Positions 56,656 to 64,000 of a DNA stretch of 64,000 bases are shown here, piece after piece. The notes below the pieces were generated by a model. It was not told the DNA's origin, ran no database searches, and worked only from the letters and a program-made list of their open reading frames with translations. The stretch spans positions 1,334-65,333 of the forward strand of contig CAMAGI010000003.1 of NCBI GenBank assembly GCA_945833775.1, read 5' to 3'. The position numbers were made by a program, and so were the translations under genes. Each line of letters begins with the position of its first letter. Position 1 is the stretch's first letter. The stretch comes from an uncultured Lachnospiraceae bacterium (GTDB lineage: Bacteria; Bacillota; Clostridia; Lachnospirales; Lachnospiraceae).

Positions 56656-56699
56656 TAATGTGTTTTCGCTTTGCAAAAACACATTACCAGGCGTGTAAT
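56656..56699 (+). promoter_or_regulatory. parM promoter (element motif copy 2) overlapped by an 11-bp inverted repeat
   Basis: TTGCAA-N17-TGTAAT; TAATGTGTTTT (56656-66) / AAAACACATTA (56676-86). Confidence 0.55.
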
Positions 56700-56730
56700 A
56701 TAGCAATCTCAATACTAAGGAGGAATCATC

Positions 56731-57648
56731 TTGTTAATCGCAGTTGATCATGGCAATTACAACATCAAAACGCCCCATTACAGCTTCATGGCTGGACTGG
56801 CAGAACACTCTGTCCGTCCTCCTATGGCCGACGAAGTGTTGGAGTATGAAGGCAAATTCTGGACGCTATCCGGCAAACGTCTCAGCTATCGCAGAGACAA
56901 GACCAGGGATGAAAGCTACTTCATTCTCACGTTATTCGCCATTGCCCGGGAAATGGGTTATGCAGGCAACTACAATTCCACGGAAAAAATCCATTTGGCA
57001 GTCGGTTTGCCCCCGGAGCATTTCGGAATGCTGAAGGATCGGTTTTCACAGTACTTCAAACGTCCGCAGTCGATCCATTTTACATATAACGATAAGCCCA
57101 TGACGATTATGATTGGTAATGTGTATGTCTATCCCCAGGCATTTGCTGCAATTGCGCCGCTCAAGGGGCAGCTGAATCATCATTTACGGGTTTTCCTTGT
57201 AGACATTGGCGGCTACACCACAGACGTGTTGCTCCTTCGAAATGGAAAGCCCGACATGCAGTTCTGCCGGAGCCTTGAGATGGGTGTTATCACCATGAAT
57301 AACGATATCATCCGCCGCGTGGGAGCTCTTCATGATATGCGGATCGAGGACGAACATATCAGTGCTGTTTTGGCTGATCAGGAAACGATTCTGCCGGATA
57401 CGGTAAAGCAGACAATCCGGGAATCTGCGGAACATCATGCGAAGGATATTCTGGATAAGCTTCGGGAACTTCAAGTTGACCTTCGCTCCAATCCGGCTGT
57501 TTTCATTGGTGGAGGCAGCATTCTGTTTCGGGAATATCTGGAGAACACGCCTATGGTTACCGCTGCGACGTTCATCGAGAATCCCAATGCCAATGCCATT
57601 GGATACAAGACCTTGGCTGAAGCCCAGATGAGCCTGAAGCCAATTTAA
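56731..57648 (+). CDS. parM: ParM/StbA actin-like partition ATPase
   Basis: AVDHGNYNIK, LAVGLPP, VYPQ, VDIGGYTTD, IGGGS, ANAIG. Confidence 0.9.
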   Translation: MLIAVDHGNYNIKTPHYSFMAGLAEHSVRPPMADEVLEYEGKFWTLSGKRLSYRRDKTRDESYFILTLFAIAREMGYAGNYNSTEKIHLAVGLPPEHFGMLKDRFSQYFKRPQSIHFTYNDKPMTIMIGNVYVYPQAFAAIAPLKGQLNHHLRVFLVDIGGYTTDVLLLRNGKPDMQFCRSLEMGVITMNNDIIRRVGALHDMRIEDEHISAVLADQETILPDTVKQTIRESAEHHAKDILDKLRELQVDLRSNPAVFIGGGSILFREYLENTPMVTAATFIENPNANAIGYKTLAEAQMSLKPI

Positions 57649-57653
57649 CTGTT

Positions 57654-58043
57654 TTGCTTATGAAAGATGGCCGCATCTATCGATACAACATCCAGTTCCC
57701 GGGGAAAACAGACCTTGAAGTCAGGGCCGGAGAGTTCCTGGAAACGCTGGGCAGAAGGAAAAGTGCCGTAATCATAGCGGCTTTGAATGAGTATCTGGAT
57801 CATCACCCGGAATTGTTGGATGGCAGCCATTCTAAAATCTGCGTCAGTTCTCTTTCCCTTCAGGATTTGGAAGGTAAGATTCAGGCAATGATCGAAGCGA
57901 GACTAAAATCCATTGATCGTACACCTTCTCCCATCAAAGCGGAACATCCAGAATCTCTCAGTATATTTGACCATCAGGAAACAGAATCCGTTTCTCAAGA
58001 TGTTATGGACATGCTTGATGATTTGGAGCTATTCACCTTTTAA
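57654..58043 (+). CDS. Putative ParR-like adaptor
   Basis: Directly after parM; RHH-like RRKSAVIIAALNEYL; acidic amphipathic tail MLDDLELF. Confidence 0.6.
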   Translation: MLMKDGRIYRYNIQFPGKTDLEVRAGEFLETLGRRKSAVIIAALNEYLDHHPELLDGSHSKICVSSLSLQDLEGKIQAMIEARLKSIDRTPSPIKAEHPESLSIFDHQETESVSQDVMDMLDDLELFTF

Positions 58044-58078
58044 AGTGGGCCTTCTGCAATAAAAGCAGAAGGCCCACT
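58044..58078. repeat. 35-bp palindromic terminator, left copy of a direct repeat
   Basis: AGTGGGCCTTCTGCAATAAAAGCAGAAGGCCCACT; 34/35 identical to 60043-60077. Confidence 0.92.
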
Positions 58079-60042
58079 CAGCGTGTCGAAAAAGGAATTG
58101 CGGATTGTCGCAAAAGTGCCAAACCTTCCCCCGGGGGTGTATCCACGCCAAAACAAATCGGTGCTGCCGTGGTCATTCGTGGCAGCACCGTTTTTTGTTA
58201 TCTTCCGTATTTTCCCTGATAGCTGGCATTCTTTTTTCTGCCCCGGAACAGGCGCACGCACAGCAGGGTCACCAGTGCACCGGTCAGTGCCGAAAGGGCC
58301 ATCATCAGCAGCACCGGTCCCTGCAGGGGCTCCGACACCGGGACCACAGCCACCGCCGTGGTTTCGGTGGGTTCCTCCGGCTGGGTGGTTTCCGGCTGAG
58401 TGGTTTCCGGCTGGTCCGGTTCCGTGGTTGGAGCGGTGAGTGGCACCGGCTCCGGGAAGGGGATCTGGCCGTAATACTGCCGGGCATAGTTGAGCAGCCA
58501 TGCGGATTTTTCATTCCGCTCAAAATCGTCCTCTGCTCCGAAGAGCACCACCACCAGATCGTGGGTCTGCCCGGTTACATCCGTCACTGGCATGGTGCTG
58601 ACCAGATTGGCCCCGGAGCGGTTGGTGGTGCCGGTTTTCAGGCCCAAGCACTCCGGCAGATTGTATAGCAGCGCATTGGTCGTCTTGGCATACGCCACAC
58701 TGCCGTCCGGGCAGGGACCGAAGCTGGGAAGCTCTGCCCGGGTCTGACTGGTAATGGCCGTCAGGTGGGTGCCGTGATGCTCCAGAAGGTAAGCCGTCAG
58801 GCGGAACATATCCAGAGCACTCATCTCATTCTGCCGTTTGGAGGGAGCCATGCCCCGGGTATAGTCCGGCAGACCGTGAGGATTGTAAAAATCCGCAGTG
58901 GTCAGTCCCAGTTCCGCCGCACGCGTATTCATCAGCGTCACGAATTCCGCCTCGGATCCTGCCACCAGTTCTGCCAGGGCAGTCGCCGCCTCATTGGCAG
59001 AGCGCAGCAGCATGGCATTCAGCAAATCCGCCACGGTCACCTGCGCGCCCAGATCCAGACTGCCACAGCTGCCCTTCTGGCAGTAGATGCCGTCCTCGGA
59101 GTTGGCCTCCTCATAAACTGCCTGGGTGACGGTGTAAAGGGTCTGTTCCGTAAATTCTCCCCGGTCCATGGCCTCCTTCACCAGAAGATAGGTCATCAGT
59201 TTGGTCGTACTGGCAATTTGGGTTGGCATTTCCCCATTGTGGGAATAGAGGACCTCCCCGGTATCCGCATCCGCCAGCACCACGCTGTGGAGATACCGGA
59301 AATAACCGTCCGCGATTTGTCCGTTCAGATCGTACTGGTAATGCTGCCCGGGATCGATGGACAACGTGGTGGCCCCGGTGAACTCCAGCGCCATATCCAG
59401 GTACATCCCAAGATCCACCGTCCGTATGTACACATCCACCGGCAGATCGTCCCCCTGGTCATAGCGGTATACCGGCAGGCGCATTTCCGCACCATCCAGC
59501 TTCAGCTTCCAGTAGGCCAGGTCCCCATCGAGCATATCCGCAGCTTCCCGAACCACCCCCGGTTCGTTCTCTCCGCCCTGGGGTTCATAGTCCTCCCCGG
59601 TCTGGAGCAGGATCCACTGGACCTCTTCCGTATCCTGCTCCAGCCGCACAGAGAAGGCTTTTTCTGTTCCCGCCAGCGCCGAGGCCAGATCCCGAAGAGA
59701 CAGGATCCAGTTGTTGTCATAGGAACTTTGAAATCCCTTCACTATCACCGGCTCCCGGCCTGTCACCTGAAGCGACAGATCCACCCCGTCCAGCTGCGCC
59801 GCCAGGCTGGGCACCGGGAGCACCAATCCCACCAGCAGGCACAGGCAGCTCACCAGCATCAGCACTCGTTTTCCCATGGGGATCACCTCTTTTTTTGTTT
59901 TCCAGTATACCACAGCCGATCCCGAATTGCAATTTGTCGAATGGCCATCCGCAGCGGTAAAGAATTCTCAGTCTTTCCCCGGGAGGAAGGTTTCAGACTT
60001 TCATGCACTGCTTAATCGTACATGGGGATTCCCGACAGTCTG
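58079..60042. mobile_element. Non-autonomous insertion cassette (IS1182-like ends, no transposase)
   Basis: Ends CAGCGTGTCGAAAAA and revcomp CAGACTGTCGGGAAT abut the 35-bp direct repeat; one GC-richer passenger gene. Confidence 0.7.
58198..59877 (-). CDS. Serine D-Ala-D-Ala carboxypeptidase (S11, DacA-like) with extra N-terminal domain
   Basis: STTK (SxxK), SAN (SxN), KTG, FYNPHGL; signal peptide; ETTQP linker; C-terminal TM. Confidence 0.9.
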   Translation of the reverse strand: MGKRVLMLVSCLCLLVGLVLPVPSLAAQLDGVDLSLQVTGREPVIVKGFQSSYDNNWILSLRDLASALAGTEKAFSVRLEQDTEEVQWILLQTGEDYEPQGGENEPGVVREAADMLDGDLAYWKLKLDGAEMRLPVYRYDQGDDLPVDVYIRTVDLGMYLDMALEFTGATTLSIDPGQHYQYDLNGQIADGYFRYLHSVVLADADTGEVLYSHNGEMPTQIASTTKLMTYLLVKEAMDRGEFTEQTLYTVTQAVYEEANSEDGIYCQKGSCGSLDLGAQVTVADLLNAMLLRSANEAATALAELVAGSEAEFVTLMNTRAAELGLTTADFYNPHGLPDYTRGMAPSKRQNEMSALDMFRLTAYLLEHHGTHLTAITSQTRAELPSFGPCPDGSVAYAKTTNALLYNLPECLGLKTGTTNRSGANLVSTMPVTDVTGQTHDLVVVLFGAEDDFERNEKSAWLLNYARQYYGQIPFPEPVPLTAPTTEPDQPETTQPETTQPEEPTETTAVAVVPVSEPLQGPVLLMMALSALTGALVTLLCVRLFRGRKKNASYQGKYGR

Positions 60043-60077
60043 AGTGGGCCTGCTGCAATAAAAGCAGAAGGCCCACT
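60043..60077. repeat. 35-bp palindromic terminator, right copy
   Basis: AGTGGGCCTGCTGCAATAAAAGCAGAAGGCCCACT. Confidence 0.92.
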
Positions 60078-60233
60078 ATTATCGTATTATCATTTGTCGA
60101 AAATATAGAAGAATAGAGGTTTTTTCTTGCTATTTGAGGCATTATAGAGTAAATTTGAAAATACTGATGCCTTCTTGCGTATTAGGTATATGAAGGCCAA
60201 ATTCAGGCAAATAAAATGAAAGAAGGTAGTAAT

Positions 60234-60662
60234 ATGACACAAGAAGAACTCAGATTATACCACGAATCCAGTTTCGACGCTTTCTGTAAGAAAACCATTC
60301 GGAATCTTTCAGTTGACGCCAAGCGGATTTACTGGAGGAAAACAGAAATTCAAACAGACAATGAGCGTCTGGCAGAGTACATCCAGACACAGAAGACGGA
60401 AGATACATATTCCATAAGTACATATTCCAAAACCTACTATGTCAAAGAGATCGTTATCATCGTGAAAGATGAAGCCATCGGAGAGGCACTCCAGTTTATT
60501 ATGCCAAACAAGCGTGCGGTTTTGCTGCTGTCCTATTTTTTGAATTACAAAGATACGGAAATCGCCAGAATTCTGAAGATCACCCATTCGACGGTGTCCT
60601 ATCGAAAAAAGCAAGCGCTGATACAGTTGAGAGAAATGCTGGAGGGAAGAATATATGCCTAA
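60234..60662 (+). CDS. Sigma-70 region-4 protein (Tn916 Orf7-like)
   Basis: FDAFCKKTIRN; LLLSYFLNYKDTEIA...STVSYRKKQAL..LR. Confidence 0.8.
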   Translation: MTQEELRLYHESSFDAFCKKTIRNLSVDAKRIYWRKTEIQTDNERLAEYIQTQKTEDTYSISTYSKTYYVKEIVIIVKDEAIGEALQFIMPNKRAVLLLSYFLNYKDTEIARILKITHSTVSYRKKQALIQLREMLEGRIYA

Positions 60663-60924
60663 CAAGATCAAATACGAAACCATTGTAGCCTGCAAAATGG
60701 GCGACGAAGACGCACTCAAAGAAATACTCAAGCACTACGAACCTTTAATTACCGAGCGATCGAAAAGAAAAGTAACCGATGATAACGGCAGAATCACATA
60801 TGTCATCGATGAGGAAGTAAAGGCGTACATTACCAGCGAGCTTACTATGGCAATCATGATGAAGTATGACCCCACAAGGAAACCAGGGAATATAAACCAT
60901 CCGGAATCACATATACAAATGTAA
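60655..60924 (+). CDS. HTH_16 protein (Tn916 Orf8-like)
   Basis: YETIVACKMGDEDALKEILKHYEPLI...IDEE. Confidence 0.8.
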   Translation: MPNKIKYETIVACKMGDEDALKEILKHYEPLITERSKRKVTDDNGRITYVIDEEVKAYITSELTMAIMMKYDPTRKPGNINHPESHIQM

Positions 60925-60936
60925 ACTGATTACATT

Positions 60937-60970
60937 ACAGCCCTTAGGAGCCTCTCCTAAGGGCTGTTTT
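60937..60970 (+). terminator. Intrinsic terminator
   Basis: ACAGCCCTTAGGAG-CCT-CTCCTAAGGGCTGT-TTT. Confidence 0.85.
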
Positions 60971-61115
60971 CATCTTTGGATCATTACGAAACAGGAGATA
61001 AAGCTGACATATGCCCAAAGCCAGGCTTGGTCGCTCTTTATCTTCAGTCAACAAATGAAAGATGGAATCCACACTCGCATATCATTCAATAAACCAAGAA
61101 AAGGAGATATTCATT

Positions 61116-61256
61116 ATGGACGAAAAAAACGTTCCCTCTGAGTCTGTAACAAATGTATTTAAGAACGGAAGAATGCCGACCAAAGAAGAATATACGAAGA
61201 TTTGGATTGAAATGATCAACCATATCGAAAGACTGAACGCAAATCAGGATGAATAG
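61116..61256 (+). CDS. Small protein upstream of the recombinase (possible directionality factor)
   Basis: RBS AAAGGAG; 46 aa, TKEEYTKIWIEMIN. Function is a positional guess. Confidence 0.55.
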   Translation: MDEKNVPSESVTNVFKNGRMPTKEEYTKIWIEMINHIERLNANQDE

Positions 61257-61259
61257 CCA

Positions 61260-61288
61260 TTGCAAATTGCGAGGTAAAATGGTGTAAT
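61260..61288 (+). promoter_or_regulatory. Element-type promoter motif, copy 3
   Basis: TTGCAA-N17-TGTAAT, 32 bp before the recombinase ATG. Confidence 0.5.
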
Positions 61289-61320
61289 ATAAGGAATCCA
61301 TCAGAATAAGGAGGAAAATC

Positions 61321-62871
61321 ATGAACGTAGCAATATACTGCAGGCTATCAGAGGAGGATCGTGATAAGCTCTCAGAGCAGGATGACAGCGCCAGTATCCA
61401 AAATCAGAAGGCAATGCTCATCAAGTACGCAAGCCATAACGGATGGACAGTATACGACATTTATAGTGACGATGATTATGCCGGCACCGATAGAAATCGG
61501 CCGGAATTTAACCGCCTGATCATGGATGCCAAAGCCAGAAAATTTGATATTGTCCTTTGTAAGAGCCAGTCCAGATTTACCCGAGAGCTGGAGCTGGTTG
61601 AGAAGTACATCAATGGATTGTTCCCCAGGCTGGGAATTCGCTTTGTCAGCTTGGTAGACAGCGCAGATACCAACAATAAGGGAAATAAAAAAGCCCGCCA
61701 GATAAACGGACTGGTAAATGAGTGGTTTTTGGAAGAGTTGTCAGATAACATCAGGTCCGTTCTTACAACCCGCCGGGAGCAAGGATACCATATCGGCTCT
61801 TTTGCTCCTTATGGATATCAGAAAGATCCCAACCAAAAAGGGCATCTCATTATTGACCCAGACGCAGCAGCTGTTGTCCGAGAGATTTATTCTCTTTTTT
61901 TATCAGGCACGGGAAAGCAGGGAATTTGCCGTATTCTGAACGAAAGGGGAATCCCAAACCCAACAGAATATAAACGGCTTCGCGGCATGGAGCGGAACAA
62001 GCACACCCAGAGCAGTCCCTTGTGGTCCTATTTTACAGTTTCAAACATTCTTACCAACGAAGTGTATATCGGTAACATGATTCAGGGGAAAACAGGCGTT
62101 GCTTCCTATAAGGACCAAGAGAAAGTATCGTATCCCAAGGATCAGTGGATCGTCGTGCGGGGAACCCATGAACCTATCATCAATCAGGATACTTGGGATC
62201 GCACACAGGAACTGATTGCTCAAAAAGCTACCCCAAGCCATAAGGAACCAGAAGGAATGTTTGCTGGGAAAGTTCGCTGCTTTTATTGTGGCTACAGGCT
62301 TCGGTCTGTAAAAAACGGGAAGAAGCGGGGATTCAAATGTGAGCGCCATGCATTATCTCATGATGCATGTACTGGAGCATATATCTCACTTCGAAAGCTG
62401 GAGCGCATTGTCGCGGCTCAGCTCCAACTGTTATCCGAAGAATTACTCGATGAAGAGATGCTGGAAGAAGGTATTGATCCCTTTGCAGACCTTCGTGTGC
62501 AGAAAACAGAAATAGAGTCTAAAGTTGCCAGTCTTCAAAAAAATATTGAGCAGAGCCACACTGCTATGAGATCTATGTATTTGGACAAGGTAAAAGGAAT
62601 CATTTCAGCATCAGAATATGCAGATCATGTACTTGCGCTTTCCGAAGAAAAAAGTGATTATGAAAAGCAAGTAACAGAATTAACTGAGCATATTGAGCAA
62701 ATCGAAGCAACTTTATCAATTCATAATAACAAAAAGCTGATTACCAGTCAGTATGTAGGCACCAGAACCCTTTCAAAGGAGATGGTTTCGATCTTGATAG
62801 ATTATATTCTGGTAGGGAGGAAGGATCCTCTCACAAAGGAGACCCCCGTTGAGATTCACTGGAACTTTTAG
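61321..62871 (+). CDS. Large serine recombinase
   Basis: AIYCRLS, SIQNQ, RPEF, SRFTR, PYGY, N..YIG, HEPII, zinc ribbon CFYC, coiled coil. Confidence 0.95.
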   Translation: MNVAIYCRLSEEDRDKLSEQDDSASIQNQKAMLIKYASHNGWTVYDIYSDDDYAGTDRNRPEFNRLIMDAKARKFDIVLCKSQSRFTRELELVEKYINGLFPRLGIRFVSLVDSADTNNKGNKKARQINGLVNEWFLEELSDNIRSVLTTRREQGYHIGSFAPYGYQKDPNQKGHLIIDPDAAAVVREIYSLFLSGTGKQGICRILNERGIPNPTEYKRLRGMERNKHTQSSPLWSYFTVSNILTNEVYIGNMIQGKTGVASYKDQEKVSYPKDQWIVVRGTHEPIINQDTWDRTQELIAQKATPSHKEPEGMFAGKVRCFYCGYRLRSVKNGKKRGFKCERHALSHDACTGAYISLRKLERIVAAQLQLLSEELLDEEMLEEGIDPFADLRVQKTEIESKVASLQKNIEQSHTAMRSMYLDKVKGIISASEYADHVLALSEEKSDYEKQVTELTEHIEQIEATLSIHNNKKLITSQYVGTRTLSKEMVSILIDYILVGRKDPLTKETPVEIHWNF

Positions 62872-63034
62872 CTCAGTCGGAATATAATCCCCCATTTGCA
62901 ACAGAGGTTAGCATAGAGAAAGAGAGTCTAATACCTCATATCTTTTTCGAAGGTGAGGAACTATGACGAACTCTAGTAAAGAATCAAACAATAGTCGTAA
63001 TGGTTGCTTGTTCCATCACGAAGGAGATGGAACT

Positions 63035-64000
63035 ATGAAAGTAGCAATTTATTGCCGTCTGTCTGAAGAAGACAGGAACAAAGTAAATAAAGAAGATGAT
63101 AGTAACAGTATTAAAAATCAGAAGGCCATGCTGATACAGTATGCAGTAAGTCAAGACTGGGATCTCTATGATATCTATAGTGACGATGACTATGCCGGTT
63201 CTGATCGTAACAGACCCCAATTCAAGAGACTTCTTGCTGATGCTGAGGCCCGGAAATTCGATATTATTCTCTGCAAAACTCAGTCGCGATTTACCCGTGA
63301 GTTGGAGCTTGTAGAGAAATACATCCACGGTCTGTTTCCTATTTGGGGCATCCGGTTTGTCAGCATTGTTGACAATGCGGATACTGCCAACAAGGGAAAT
63401 AAAAAAGCAAGGCAAATCAACGGTCTGGTCAATGAATGGTATCTGGAAGACATGTCTGATAACATCCGCAGCGTACTAACCAGCCGAAGGGAAAATGGAT
63501 TCCATATCGGATCATTTGCCCCCTATGGATATGAAAAAGATCCTGCTTTAAAAGGGCACCTAATTATTGATCCGGAAGCAGCTGAAATCGTCAAGGAGAT
63601 ATTTTCTCTCTTTGCCGACGGATATGGAAAGTCATCCATCGCAAGAATCCTGAATAACCGTGGTGTTCCGAATCCCACTGAGTATAAAAGGAAAAAGGGT
63701 CTTCGCTATTTGCAGCCGAAAAAGGCAGCCAGTACTCTATGGAAATATCATACCATTGCTGGGATATTAACCAATGAGGTTTACATAGGCAACCTTGTGC
63801 AAGGGAAATATGGCAGTGTTTCTTACAAAACAAGGCAGTGCGTCCCTAGACCTAAGGAACAGTGGATCAGAGCAGAAGGTACTCACGAACCCATTATCGA
63901 TAAGGCACTATGGAAAAGGGTGCAGAAAAAGGTAAGTACCCATGCAAAGCCACTAACGCCTACCGGAATGGTACACCCGTTTTCAGGCCTTGTTGTGTGT
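63035..64000 (+). CDS. Second large serine recombinase (partial, runs off the window)
   Basis: Translated by hand: MKVAIYCRLSEEDRNK...SRFTRELELVEKYIHG...PYGYEKDP. RBS AAGGAG; in-frame upstream ATG at 62963. Missing from the ORF track because it has no stop in the window. Confidence 0.9.
   Translation, partial: MKVAIYCRLSEEDRNKVNKEDDSNSIKNQKAMLIQYAVSQDWDLYDIYSDDDYAGSDRNRPQFKRLLADAEARKFDIILCKTQSRFTRELELVEKYIHGLFPIWGIRFVSIVDNADTANKGNKKARQINGLVNEWYLEDMSDNIRSVLTSRRENGFHIGSFAPYGYEKDPALKGHLIIDPEAAEIVKEIFSLFADGYGKSSIARILNNRGVPNPTEYKRKKGLRYLQPKKAASTLWKYHTIAGILTNEVYIGNLVQGKYGSVSYKTRQCVPRPKEQWIRAEGTHEPIIDKALWKRVQKKVSTHAKPLTPTGMVHPFSGLVVC

Larger units (their letters stand above)
38976..64000 (+). mobile_element. 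Integrated serine-recombinase element (right end beyond the window)
   Basis: Co-oriented SSB, AAA+/vWA, YqaJ, RecD2, primase, ParM/ParR, Orf7/Orf8-like genes and recombinases. Left edge inferred from the broken antitoxin. Confidence 0.75.

Noticed and set aside
58355-58425. 15-bp repeats (GGCTGRGTGGTTTCC)
   Set aside because: They encode the QPETT linker of the carboxypeptidase; an ordinary coding repeat.
58765-60015. 416-aa plus-strand ORF inside the cassette as a possible transposase
   Set aside because: Antisense to the carboxypeptidase in GC-rich DNA; no DDE or HTH features.

Overview
Accessory region of a Bacillota genome, probably gut Clostridia/Oscillospiraceae-like judging by gene families and promoter style. 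No rRNA, tRNA or CRISPR array was seen. Bases 1-38.9 kb are a mosaic of envelope-sensing modules: four ECF sigma factors with five membrane-anchored anti-sigma-like partners, a BlaI/M56 (BlaR1-like) pair, an OmpR-type two-component system, VanZ, and a VanX-SH3-SH3-M14 double peptidase. It also holds small exported proteins, a Phd/RelE toxin-antitoxin pair, a Y-family polymerase plus YolD-like gene with an SOS-box-like site, and several gene scars (group IIC intron 5' end, phage portal start, transporter/ppx junction, HTH tail). From about 38.98 kb, where an antitoxin gene breaks after 13 codons, to the window end lies an integrated element. It carries SSB, an AAA+/vWA pair, YqaJ exonuclease, a putative annealase, RecD2, a Zn-finger/Toprim primase, ParM/ParR, a Tn916 Orf7/Orf8-like pair and two closely related serine recombinases. 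No capsid, relaxase or T4SS genes are visible in the window. Three signals stand out: (i) a duplicated promoter-~90 nt structured RNA-terminator unit with pairing-preserving substitutions; (ii) a shared non-canonical promoter motif TTGCAW-N17-TGTAAT in front of three element genes; (iii) a transposase-less 1964 bp cassette carrying a D,D-carboxypeptidase, flanked by a 35 bp duplication of a terminator. Family names come from motif recognition by eye, not from database searches.
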